The notes: generated by a model from the letters alone, not told the origin. 64,000 nucleotides of DNA from Tubiluchus corallicola (GCA_030141605.1 JAQGDQ010000196.1:186001-250000); one strand, 5' to 3'; numbered from the stretch's first letter, positions 35,571-48,185 are shown. Numbers and translations: made by a program.

Positions 35571-35621
35571 TAATTACATTGTGACTTCATAAAATTTTTC
35601 TGAAGTTGCTTCTCCATTGCA

Positions 35622-38600
35622 TTAACAAGAATCTTTGCCAGCACAACAACTTTTCTTCTGACCACCACCAGTACCCGTTCCGCAGCACGTTTGTGTAGTG
35701 GCACCACTTCCACTACCCATCTTCAGACCTTCACAGGTCTTTGCAGCTCCGCAAGCTTCCAAACCTTTGTCTCCACAGGTAAGTTTTAGACTTGTAACAT
35801 TTTCTGTGCTGACTGCATAGTCAAGTGGGTCAACCACCTCAATCTGTAATACAAAAGGAAAAAAAAACGAAAATTTCAAAAAAGCTGCCATATATACACT
35901 TTAATCTTGCTGTGACTTTTACTGAAAACCAGAGCAATAATTTAATAATGCTTGCTTTTTTCCATGAGAGCCCCGCTTCAAAGTTGCTTTTTCATATTCC
36001 GAGTTTTGTTTGTTCTTTGTAAAAAAGTTCAATTATTTGCCTTTTGTCATTTACAGCTATAGCTTGTTTTTACTGATTCTGCTCATGAAAAAGTTCAGCA
36101 TACCAGTATGGCCTACAACCAACATTCAAGATTCAAGACTCTCGAACATAGTAATATAATGTATAAGTTTTGTAATTTTGGTAGTAGAACTTATAATACT
36201 GGTGAAAATAGTGCAGATAACAACCATTCTGCTCTAAAAAGCCAGGGTTTGGACAGCACATGGGGGAAATAAGATTTCTAACCTAATGTACAATGGCAAA
36301 TTAGTACACATTAACACAAACCTCACTGATCCTGAATTCTTGTATTTATGCTCATTACTACTGCAGTAAAAAGTCAGGACTTTGTCTCGTTTGTTTGTTT
36401 AATTACCGTTTTCATATCAGAAGAGCTAGATGCAGGATGGAACTCGAACTTGTCTCTGAGACGACTAGACTGCAGAATAGCAGCAATTTCAGCATCAACC
36501 GTCACAGGAATGTCTTTCTGTAAAAAACAACAACAACAATTTTACATGTAAGAGCAAAGCCTAGAAAAATAATATTACGTTTTTATTTTTTTATCACAAC
36601 AGGACTGAATGAATTCAGTTCCGAATCTGCAAGCATGATGCCATGAGCACGTTTATCTTAAGTGTGTATTGGTACTTGTAATACAACACGTTATTGTAAT
36701 TTTTTTTGAACATTTGTATTTCTGTCAATTTGATTTTGGCATGTGTTGTGTTATGTGGAATAAATGAATCTTGAATTTATCACTTGACAGACTGATTGAG
36801 CTCCTACCCCAAGTGTTTACCCTGCCAGTTTCATGACTATGTGTACTATAGCTTTCAAGATATTGAATGTTAGGAGCTGATGAACATTAATAAAAACAAA
36901 AACAAATGGGTTCTCTTAGATCTGCTCTGAATGCAGATAATAATTTGTACCACTTTAGAATTCGGTTGGTTTACCTTGAATGTAATGTTGCAGTCCAAAC
37001 GGAACGAATCAGGGAAGCCAGTGATTCCACCTTTGTAAACAGCATTGCAGGCTTCTTTCTTGTCTGCCGGTAACTTATACAGTCTGTATGTTGTGGAACT
37101 AAATCTGGCATCACCTATAAACAAGTATACATTTAAAAACACGCTTTCTTGTTTTTCATTCACAACAACAGTTTGAAATGTAGCTGCAACAAAAAGAAAC
37201 AGTGCAACAACTAGAGTAGTACTGTTAGTCACAAGTACAAGTACAAAAGTATCATCAAATATGTGGATATTATTTTAAGCTTACAAGCTTTAGCAATCTG
37301 GTGATGCATAGTGTTAAGAAGTATTTTTGCTGGATGTTGTAGAAAAGTAGACTTTGTCATTAAAAACCGGAATCTGCAATAGTTACACCACCACCACCTG
37401 TATACCATTTCTTCTTCCTGAAGCCTCTTTATCAGTGGTTACTGTGGCCAAACGTTTTATTCTTTGTCTCTTTGACAATAATATAAATATTGTTATACAA
37501 AAAATCTAGACTTTTCGATTACGTTTAACGTTATCAAAATTTTCAGACAATATGTATGTAGGTATTTGCACCAAAAGTTACAAGGCTAATGTATGACACT
37601 TGCACTTAGTATTCACTGAGTTGCTAGAGGACATAAAAACAGCCACCAATTGAATAAGCCGATCAAGCCTATCTCAAATTAACGTTCGTGTAAGTTTTAT
37701 CGAGTATAAGGATATCTAGAAGCATGAACATGACAACATGGATTCTGTACGGTCAGACCTATGACAAAAAGAATTGGGCTTACACCTAGACTTAGACAGA
37801 TACATGCATTTCATCGAGACAATAGGTTGATGAATTTGTAAATTTGTTGCCTAAGCAAGCCATGCGATGCATTGTACATTTGGGAAGTAAGATGAAATGC
37901 ACTGTAATAAATGAAGCTCAAGAGCAAAAGTTAAAAGTTGGTAAACATGAAACAACGAGCATTATCTATCAATAAGAAATCATGAAAAGTATATGACTGT
38001 TTCTTTCTACATTTAATGTACGAACTACATGCACCAGACAAGGTTTGAAAGTTATGTGAGCTTACTGACTAGATTTATAGTGCAAAGAATTCAACACTTC
38101 TTAAATACATTCATACCTACAATTGCTTTGAGCTTATCATCAAAAATAGAATAATAGTGTGACGTCACTAACATTGGACGACTGAAGCCCACGGAAGATG
38201 CAATAGAATGCAAATCTTGCCACTTGAGGGCACCACCTATACACTCACCTGCACAATATATAATAAACACGTATGTTACGTAACAACCGTAGTACAATTT
38301 CTCTGTCAATGTTAATTACCAAATTACCAACACTGCAAAAAATGATAATATTACTATTAACAATAATATTATGTGTTACGTTATTGTTAATAACTATTGT
38401 CAGCACATTTAACAAAGTTTTTGGCTACATAATAAAAACAAAGTTGCTGGCTACTAATTTTAAAAATAACTCTGTGGTGTTATTCAGAATTACTGCCACT
38501 AGATGGCTTTTGTTATAAGAAAAAAATTGCACTTATTGCCTATCTGTAAGGCAAAACAAAATGCAACACATTCTTTGTTTAAAGCTAATCAGTAATTAGT

Positions 38601-41600
38601 TTATTTTGTATAAACATATACAAAGCCAGTAGAACATACACGTTATACACACTGTCCTATTAAATGCTAAAGTAGAATGCCTTAGAGTGCCCATCGGCTT
38701 GCACATTTAAAGAATGACCAAGCCTCTGGGAAGTTAGGCTTATTTCAATGTTCACAAAAATGTTAGGATTTAGTAATAAAAGTGAGAAAATCGCCTCATG
38801 TAATTAGTAAAATAAAAAAAGTAGTAATTATTTCACGTTTGAATACTTTCATTTTGAATGCCTTTTCTTCCATCAATGATGTCGTTTATCAACTCAAGAA
38901 TGGCAGCACACTGTTAATTTCTGTCCAAAGTATAATAGGTTTTTACAAAAAAATTTGATAGCTAATTTTGTGATATTTTTGCATTGAACATTAGTTAAAC
39001 TGCAGAAGTCTGGAAATTCGTTAAGCAGTGCGTACTTACAGAGCCACAATACGCTTATGACAGGGGTGTCCAAACTGCGGCCCGCGAAGAGGTTTGTCAA
39101 CGTAATTAAAGTGCGGCCCACGCGATCCAGCTGAAGTCCGCGCCAATATCACAAAGATAGTACGGGTAGTTTTTTCCTCTAGATCGGATGGCATTAACCC
39201 TTACAAGACCGTTGTCACTTAATGTCACTGTCGGACATGACGAAATTTAACGTTGCTCACTTAGAACACAAAAACGTGACATAATCACAGAACACAGCAA
39301 ACTATCACAGAAGCCGCCATTCAAACACTCAAATGTGCAAGAAATGCGAGAAGCAATCTGATTGGCTGGTAGGAAGACCAATTAGCCAATCTCTAGGCTT
39401 CTATTATCGGGCATGTTGATCTGTCCAGTCGTCTTCTTGGTCATAGCAGGTACAGATCATTTTGACTTGGTTATTTTACGAAATAAATTATAAATAAAAT
39501 TATAAAATAACCAAGACAAAATGATCTACCTACTATGACCAAGAAGACGACTGGGCAGACCAATTTGCGAGTAGCCAGCAACCTGAAAAAGTGTGGTCAC
39601 CCCTGTTATAGCGGGATTCCCAGATTTTAGTTTCAGCTGAGGCTCAGTAGTACACGCCTCAATCAGTGGCTATTTCATCGTTTCATCAGATGTAGTATTC
39701 TTATAGATCAGAATCGTGGATAATAAAAAGAGGAAGATTGAAGAACAGCGAGTCAAGACAGATTAGTATGTACTGTACTACACGGACTGTGTGATACACA
39801 TTACTAATATGCATTGTAATGAAATTACCACTATCTGTCATGAAAGTAGAAATATATGGTTTTTAATATAAATTTTAATAGCTTCTAAAATAGTTTCTTG
39901 AGTGTAGTAGTGCAGTAGTAATGATGTGCGCAAATCAGATGCAAAAAAAATCGTTATTAGGTCCTACTGTACTTGGTTCCTTGTCCAAACTGCATGTGGC
40001 CCACAGTAATTGCGGGAATGTTTAATGTGGCCCAGCTAGTCAGATAATTTGCACACCCCTGGCTTACGAAAAGTCATGAAGTCCACCAGGTGTGTCATAG
40101 TTTTCAAGTGAATGGTGACTACCACAGTGCCTGAAATTGTCTATGCAGAGGTAGTATAAATTAACTTTATGCTTTATAGACAGTTTTTTGCAAATTTCTT
40201 TGTTATATTTTCTTCTAAGTTTAAGTTATAAACCCAACATGCTAAGTAACTTGTCCTTTCCTTTAAAAAAACTAAAAAGAAGCTTTCTCTGTGCTTACCC
40301 CATAGTACTTTATGCTGCCTGACACTATCTGGCAATTCTCTGTCAGCATACACATCACTGAAGTATAATTCCCCACCTTCCTGCATTAGAACATAAAATT
40401 TTATTTAAAATTTATTTATTTTAAAACAATGTAACCATTTGGCATTGTCTGAGATGTAAAATAATTAATATAGTTTAGGTAACTCTATGTTACCAGCATA
40501 TTTTTGTACAACAGTGAAACACGGGGTTTAACGATTTCTCAAGAAAAGCAGATTGACAAGTTTCATAGAACTCGTCTAAGGAAAGTTTTAAAGATAAGAT
40601 GGTCATATGTAATAAAAAATGAAGATTTATATAGTAGAACGAAAGAAATTCCTTGGAGTTCAAAAGGCTAGGAGACCATCTCAGATTACCAAGTGAAACA
40701 CCAGCAACAATTGCCTTAAGACATAAAACCTTGCAAAAAAAACCCTGGCAAACCAAAAACAATTTGGATAGCTAAGATAAGTAAAGATGATCAACAACTT
40801 CAATCAAATCTAGTTTATGAAGGAGAAGAGCTTATATTGTTAGCAGCACATAGGAGTTGGTGGAATGCTCTAATAAACAATAATGCCTCAATGTCTACAA
40901 CAGATGAAATGAGATGTTGAAAAAGAAGGTAACTCTGCTTAGCAACACATTCTAATATTACTTTCTTATTACACAATGACATAATTTACCTAGAGTTTAA
41001 AATTCCAGACATACAAGAAATTAGCTTGTGAAGCAGATTATGATTAGGATCAGGATTAGGGTTAGGGTTGGGTTATGTTTAGGATTAGGGTTTAGGGTAT
41101 TTAAATTGTGTGGGGAATTGTGACTCCTTCCTATAATTGCTCTGGAAAATTGTTATGATCACCATACACTTTGAAAAAATAAAAAAATGTTGGGAAAAAT
41201 TCTTAATACAGCAGTAGTAAGTAAAACAGAAAATTATCAAAATGAAACCTACTACTGAGAGTAAAAGTTTACCTTCAGCACTTTATAACACTCCCTGAGC
41301 ACGGCGGGCTTGTCCGGAGAAAGATTCACAACACAGTTAGAACTAAAACATACAAACGTATATGAATGTATATTAACTAAAATAACGGCAATTATAAAAC
41401 ACATAGTAAGTAAACCAGTAAAAAGAGCACTAATAATCTTACAGTGTAATAGATACAAAGCATGAATTGAGTACTTCTCATAATATGCTTTTTAGCAATT
41501 TGCGATTCAGATTTTTGTTGAGATGTTTGTTGTTTTTATGACTCTGGTTACTTCCATAAAATTTATTAAATGGGGAATATCACCAAAATTAAATTGAGCT

Positions 41601-44600
41601 TGAATAACTCGCAATTATATTGTGAATAGAAATATGTACCTCATTCTTCACGAAAATTTCGTGTTTAAGAATCGTTGGCAAAAGTTCGGATAAAATTGTA
41701 CAGAAAATGAATATTTGACTAGGCCGCCATTGAGCATGTACCTGCGCCTGCGCCTCTATGGCGAAATTGCCGTACTACAGATGAAACTTGGCAAAATGCC
41801 CAAGGGGAGAAAGATTGTACGCAACTCTTGTCTGAGTATTTGTTTACATAGACAAACAGTGTTCGGCATACAGTACTTTACGTAGTTTATACCTAGTGAC
41901 GGTATCACGGTAAAGATTAGGTTATTGTGAATTGAATGCGCGATTTGCTAAGTTTTGGTCTTGATTGTTCTTATTGAAAAATGGTCGGTGGAATGTATTA
42001 CACTAGGATTCAGCAATTAGATGGGATGCAGCAGTCAGACGGAAAATATCGAAATACGAAGCCAAAATATAATAACATTTAGTTTCCAATGAGCAACAGA
42101 AAATTATTGAAGCAATGAAAGTACAATCTAAAAACCTGGAATCACTCCTACAACCTGTGTGATAATTTCTCGGCTGTTTGCTTTGAAACGTGAGTTTAGA
42201 ACATGATGAATCTAGTGTTAATAATATTGTGCTTACACTTCAGAGAGATTCAGTCAGATGCAGTTTTTTGTTTCATTTTAAGCCCAAGTGCATAGCTTAT
42301 CGATGCAGTTTAGTCATCTCGAGATTTGTATCCATTTCAATAAAAATATCACAATTACATTATGTAATGCAATGAATAATTATTTTGTCATTGAACCACG
42401 TTATATCGTTGGTTTTTTATATTGTAAAAGTGGATAATAGTTATATTAATAACGAATGTATTATTATCATTAGTTTTTATTTCAGTCCAACTGACCACGA
42501 GAATTTTATCTAATCCTAATATTGTAATAATACTGCTGTGAAAAAATAAACACAATATGATGTTATCATGTAAAAACAGAAGCTAATGAACAACGGTTAA
42601 ACTTCAGGTTGGTATTAAAAGTCTTACTGATTTAAATAACTAATGAACAACGGTTAAAGTTCTGCTTGGTATTAAAAGTCTTACTGATTTATATAACTGA
42701 AACACGACAAAGTTAAAAATGTTCATATATGTTTAATCAATAAGTCTACAGCTAATATGTTATCGTCTCTGTGTCAGCGGGGTTCACATATTTTTTTTGT
42801 CAAGGCTGATAAAATGAAGCTGTCACTAAAAATTGTCAGACTAGCATTATAGTTATGCTTCAGTAAGTTTCTCTGTGTTTACAAATTCATTAATTCTTCT
42901 AGCAGAATGAAGTTACTATGTCGGACTTGTTTTACAAGAAAAGAACTTTTGTTACCAAGGCCCACACTTTTGCAGCTTGTATTGCTGACGATGCTTTCAA
43001 TTAATGCCAGGAGAATTTTCACAATATGCTGTAGGCCTAGTTTTGCGCAATGATTGTTTACACTCTATTAGAATATACTATAATGGATCTGTAACTTTCG
43101 ACGGTAGTAAAATATCGCTTTTGATGAAAACATGTTAACGAGTGCAACGACAATCATTTCTGTCAGCTGACTACCTATCCGAACCAAGGCCAGATGCTGT
43201 AATGTAGTAATAACAGCTTTATTTTTAGCCCAGTTGTGTACGATAGTATCACAACAGGCTGCGTGTACACTCTTTACGCATCAGCCCGAGCTGGGCTAGT
43301 TCAATTTTTTCACCGTGAGAGGCGTAAGTGCAGCTCCATGGCGTTTCCCGTGAGATACAAAAAAGTTAATTACTCATTAATTAGACAACATACTGCTAAA
43401 AATTTTTCGCCAAGTTGTTCCCGCGGAAGGCAACTATAAAATAAGTTTAACTTGATTTTCATGATATTCCCCCTTTAACAAACATTGCTAAAATAGAATA
43501 CTGTAGAGTCCAATGCTTCTGAAAGCATTATTCATTACCTATTTACGATAAATTTTTAAGAAATAGCTATTCTTCAAAACCTGAAATGGAAGCATTTTTT
43601 TTTGTTTAATGGCTGTGGCAAAATGCAATGCTTAAATTAGAATTAGAATGGCCCTAGAAAGTTTTACATTTACAGGCAGTAAATTAGTTCCATATGCTGT
43701 ACTTGTAATTAATGAAGAAGAGTAAATGGTCACGATTTGTGTATGATCGTCTACCAAAAACCGTATTTCCTTCAATACCTATGTATGGCTCACTACGCTA
43801 AAATTAACTCATGTCTCTGTAACCTGTTAATACAGTTTTTTACTGTTTTGGTCAAAGATTGTAAAATGGATATATTTAAACTATCTCTTGGAGGCAAAGA
43901 AGCGCTTCAAGTGCAGAGAAATTATACAAATGTTGTATCTGTATACCAAGACATCAGACATACAGATCTCAAACAAAGAAAATCACCATATCGGCGCTAC
44001 AGTTAGGAAAGAACAACAGATGTCAAAAAATATAAGGATGAAGCTATGCTAGAGGTTTGTCAAAAACATAACACTTAGCTAACTGCTAAGAACAAAGGTT
44101 GTACTCTTGAATACTAAATAACAGTGGTCATGTATCAAAAGCAAAATTTTATTACAGATAAGTTTTTAATTACTCTCTTGTAAAGTAGCCTATAAAGAGG
44201 TCTGTTTTGCGATGAAGTTTTTGTGTTTCATTTCAGAATAATAGAAAGGCTAATTAAAAAACTGATATGATTACACGTTCTTTAACATTGCCAATTATGA
44301 AGTAGTAAACATACATGATAATATCAATGCTGTTTTCCTGAATGCCAGCATTGGTCAGCTGTTCTATGTAACCATGCACAAACTGTGTATTTGGTTTTGC
44401 ATATCCAAACTTCTCAGCATGATATTTCTCATACTGTCTAGCTATCTCCAACTGTAAAATAAAGAAAAGGAGATGAAAACTGATTGAGTTCTTTAATATC
44501 TGCTCACCTGCCTTCCTTGTGATTAGCCTTTCAACAAATACAATTAATCAACTGGGACCGTACATGCAAAAAGTAATAAAATAAGCTGATTTACAAAACA

Positions 44601-47000
44601 GCCGTGGTTTATATTTCTCTAGAATACAGGTTCGAACAAACCGGAACCCAACCTTCATGGCAGGTCCTACTCAAACAGGATGTCTATGGCAAGACTGGAA
44701 TCCAACTCATTATCAAGGTTAGGCCTCTAAGATGAGCCACTGAACTGGCAGAGGCATCTTAGCTACATTCATATGTGAATGCATCATCTTTCTACGAGGT
44801 AAACTACCAGAATCAACATGGCAAATGAAATCTCCCAGAGCAAGAATTGAAGTAGTTCACCCATCCAGTAAGTGAAATAACCTACTATAGCTGCAGCACT
44901 AATTCTTAACATTAATTAGTTATCACACACAAAGCAGTAACCGCTCAGGAACACATGTCGCATATGGCTTATTATATACTACAAGTCTGCAATTATGGAA
45001 TATTTATTATTAAACCCAAGCAAGCAATCAAATACTATAATTGATGGGCTACAGTTTATACTCACCAAATGGTAGCGTCATCTTTTCTGGTATTCACAAT
45101 TCAAATTAATGGGACAATTATTGAGCGGTTAATGTCTCAAAGACGTGATTAGAGTGCTTTATTTGCTTGCAGCATGACTGCTATTTGCAGTTTTTGCAGT
45201 CTTGTTGTCGAAATTTACTAAGCATTAACTGTGAACCTCCACATCAACTTATTTTATTCATACAAAGATAAGAGCTTAATTATTACTAATGAAATTATCT
45301 TAACAAGTGCAGAAAAATTGTTAGTGAAGTGACCTGAATAACAATTTACTGCTCATATCATGTCAAAAATGCATATATTACCATCAGATATTTACTTAAA
45401 CTGCCTATGATAAGAACTCCACCTATCACAACATTTTCAAGGCTATAACAACAACACAGACCAAGTATAACACTAAGGCAGAGAATAAACAGCGAGAGAC
45501 AAGATATAACAGAACACTGGCACTTTAACCCTACTGATTTCTTTGCCATGCCTGTTTTGTTAAATACAGCTGAGTCATGATTGGTTAGCATATTAAAAGT
45601 GCTAACAGTGTCACCAAACTGGTTTTTTAGTGTATACATTCAATCTGTCTGTCGACTTCAAATTTTCTTCATAATTGGAAAGTGGAAATTAATAGCAGTA
45701 TTAAAATAGGTTTACATGTATAGGAAAAAATATGACTCTTCCATATGTAAAGTCTAAATGTTTAGAATATATAGGTCATTCGTACACTTTATAAGTTTAT
45801 TGACAAACAACACAATATGATATACAGCACAATGTACATAAAAAATCACACAAAAGCATCCCAGCATTCCATACACACTATGCAGTACATAGCCTATTAT
45901 AAAACACCGTTCAATTTCAGTTTGCTTACTCAACTAGTTTTTCTACTGACAATGTCATTACTTTTTTATTTTTTAATGCATGACATAGCAAAGTGTTTAG
46001 CTGAACATATTCTCAATTGCATTTGTCCTTGCACAAAAATTTCCTTTAATATTATATAGTCACACACATGTTAGTTACTAAAATAACAGAATTTATTATT
46101 TCACCATCTCTAAAAATAGAAGCTGCAGATTTTAAATTTTGTGACACATGTAGTTAGTTCTTCTGAATATGTTGTTGTGAACTTACAAATAAGAAAATAG
46201 AAAATTAATGCAGGCACACCCAGCTCTCTATGACCTTACATTAAATAATGACGCTGCCACTCTCTACTTGTCTTACATTTAATTTGAAGATGCCAGAGTA
46301 AAAGATGCCGTTTTTGGGTACTGATGCTGAATTTTGTCAACAGAGTCAATTGTATGATTCAGAGTTATATAATCATTTATCATCATTATATGCAATGTGA
46401 GATGAATGGTTCACAAGAACAGACACAGTATCAGGAATTAGATAAATTAATGATACAGGCATACCATTTTCTATACGTTCTTTGTTACTTTATGACATTC
46501 ATAGGCCTACCTGTTCTTCTGTCATATCGACTCCAATGATCTTGCCAGATTCACCAACCAGCTTTGAGAGTGCAAAACAGTCACGGCCCGAACCACTACC
46601 GAGATCCAGCATGGTGGTTCCTTCTACAAATTCTGGCAAGACTATACCACATCCATAATACCTAAAAACAATGCAGATCTAAAGAACAAACCAAAAATTT
46701 GGCTTGTTATTAATATATTAAGAATCCAATAATCATGGGCAATATTAAAAAGTTAATTAGCTTAAATCAGCCATTACCTGTGTAGATTTGCCACCTATTT
46801 TAAAAAAAATTGAACATTAAGAAAATAAGTAACCTGCAGGTGACTTCATCATGTACAGCACTTAAAGCTTCACGCAGGTGTTTTGCTACTGGCACCTCAG
46901 GTGTTACACAGCAAGATGTTTGCAGTTCACTGCGTTTCTTCACCCTCTTTCCATAGTAGTCCTTCACATCAGTATAAGTTGACTCTACTGGCGCTGACAT
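35622..47000 (-). CDS. AS3MT: Arsenite methyltransferase (SAM-dependent), 9 coding exons, 403 aa
   Basis: Exons (minus): 47000-46834, 46661-46511, 44451-44315, 41342-41273, 40380-40299, 38248-38117, 37114-36975, 36517-36407, 35843-35622 (1212 nt, all GT-AG, phases consistent). Motifs: DVKDYYGK, LQTSCC, RYYGCG, LDLGSGSGRDC (SAM motif I), IGVDMTEEQ, FVHGYIE, ISNCVVNLSPDK, GGELYFSDVY, LWGECIGGAL, TYRLYKLP. All four catalytic-type cysteines are present. Confidence 0.96.
39061..40061. mobile_element. hAT (Charlie-like) non-autonomous element, 1001 bp
   Basis: TIRs CAGGGGTGTCCAAAC / ATTTGCACACCCCTG with subterminal GCGGCCC/GTGGCCC motifs. 8-bp TSD GCTTATGA (39053-39060) / GCTTACGA (40062-40069). 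Confidence 0.9.
40487..40926 (+). mobile_element. 5'-truncated RTE-clade LINE 3' end with 10-bp TSD
   Basis: Frame reads SIFLYNSETRGLTISQEKQIDKFHRTRLRKVLKIRWSYVIKNEDLYSRTKEIPWS, then HLRLPSETPA..AL and GKPKTIWI.KI.KD (RTE C-terminus). AGGTAACTCT is duplicated at 40477-40486 and 40927-40936. Confidence 0.85.
41042..41099 (+). repeat. Short degenerate (TTAGGG)n-like tract
   Basis: gattaggatcaggattagggttagggttgggttatgtttaggattagggtttagggta. Confidence 0.65.
41570..43474 (-). mobile_element. Non-autonomous Kolobok-type DNA transposon, copy 2 (1905 bp), inverted relative to copy 1
   Basis: TTAA at 41566-41569 and 43475-43478; TIRs ATGGGGAATATCA...TGATATTCCCCCT. It is the reverse complement of 6073-7478 plus ~425 bp extra (~41608-42033) and a 58-bp tandem duplication (~42583-42697). 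Confidence 0.88.
44745..44900 (-). mobile_element. Old SINE-like repeat remnant (family shared with 59820-59990)
   Basis: tggcagagg..tcttagc and cacccatccagt occur in the same order and at similar spacing (~105-108 bp) in both places. The second motif resembles the reverse complement of 5S-like/SINE core sequence. Confidence 0.3.
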
Positions 47001-47149
47001 GGTGAAATCTGTCCAGGAAAAGTGTCAGTGACAATCGATGATGAGAACTAGCAAAAACCCAAACAAAAAAAGTTACAGTAAGGATGGTGATTGTCAACTG
47101 ATGGACCTCTAGTGATTACAGTGTAAAATTTTGAAATCTAGAAAGTTAG

Positions 47150-47690
47150 GAGTACTTGGTGCAATGGCTAGTGTAAGTGCCCAGAAAGCAAAAGACCTAA
47201 CATTGGCATCCCAAAATTTTCCTGACTTTTAAACTTAGTAATGTTTTCATGCATTCAGATGATTGACTTCATACTATGAACTTATGTAGTGCAAACTGTG
47301 ATTTCATACCTCTAGATAGCAGCTTATAGCAAAAACTTCAGTGTCTTGAAACTCAGCGTGCCTCTGTAGTGTAATAGTTAGTATAGTTAGCACAAATGCT
47401 TGGAAAATAGCTCTGAGGTCTTTTGTTCCAGCACAGGTGCAAAATTTTTCGGATTTCTAGTTTAGTATTGTTTTTGAGTGTTTATATAATTGATTTTGCA
47501 CTAATACAGTGTGGATTTGTTTTTGTGGTGCACTGTTGACAGACTTCTAGTAGTTTACAGTGCAAATTACTGAATCTGGAAAGTCAGAGTACTTCTGCGG
47601 GGTAAGGATTAGTATATTTGCCCACAAAGTATAAGGTCTAAGATTTATCCCAGTAAAGGTGCAAAATTTTTCAGGCTTTCATATAGCTTC
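47150..47690 (+). repeat. Three tandem decayed tRNA/SINE-like units
   Basis: Units begin at ~47152, ~47356 and ~47586. Each has an A-box-like start (tggtgcaatggctagtg; tagtgtaatagttagta; cggggtaaggattagta) and ends in caaaattttt(t)c; units 2 and 3 share aggtgcaaaatttttt. Confidence 0.4.
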
Positions 47691-48104
47691 TGGGTGTGCA
47701 TACGATTAGATGTTGGGCAAAAAAACCAAGAAACAGAACCCAAGAATTTACTACAGTTAGTTGAGCTGCCCATAATGCGACAATATCTCACCTTTGATTC
47801 ACCTTCGCACCTACCCTATTATTATTTGCATTTCGACTTTAGTTTTGGTAGCCTCATTGCAAGGAACACAAAACTAGAGCATGGAATGCACCCAATTTAA
47901 CTATTCAGCATTTCGTACATCTGTAAAGACGGAAATTAGTTCTTCAGTGACGCCAGATAAAACAGTGCACGATGTATTGACAGGAGGTTCTTATTAATCT
48001 ATGCAACATACAAAAATTATAATATTATACTAACAGTTGTTATTTTGCCCACCTGTTGTTTAATAATTTTATTAAACAATTAATAACACATTCAAGAAAC
48101 TTAC

Positions 48105-48180
48105 ATTCCAGATTCTTCCTACCTGTTTACACCAATTGTTCTTGCGGTCTTCTTATTTTTCCAGTAAAAAACTAGCCCCT
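48105..48180 (-). other. Putative non-coding first exon (5'UTR) of AS3MT
   Basis: The ATG-containing exon starts at an acceptor (ttttcctggaCAG|ATTTCACCATG, exon start 47008), so an upstream exon is needed. A minus-strand GTAAGT donor lies at 48104-48099 and an alternative AG|GTAAAG at 48218. The 5' boundary is a guess. Confidence 0.45.
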
Positions 48181-48185
48181 CAAAA

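Noticed and set aside
39195-39215. piggyBac-like terminus TTAACCCTT (also at ~31931)
   Set aside because: No matching opposite terminus was found.
35622-47000. Possible selenocysteine (in-frame TGA) in AS3MT
   Set aside because: All nine exons translate without an in-frame TGA, and the stop codon is TAA.
47036-47104. Box C/D snoRNA (ATGATGA...CTGA)
   Set aside because: It is antisense to the host gene, has no convincing terminal stem and no recognisable rRNA guide.
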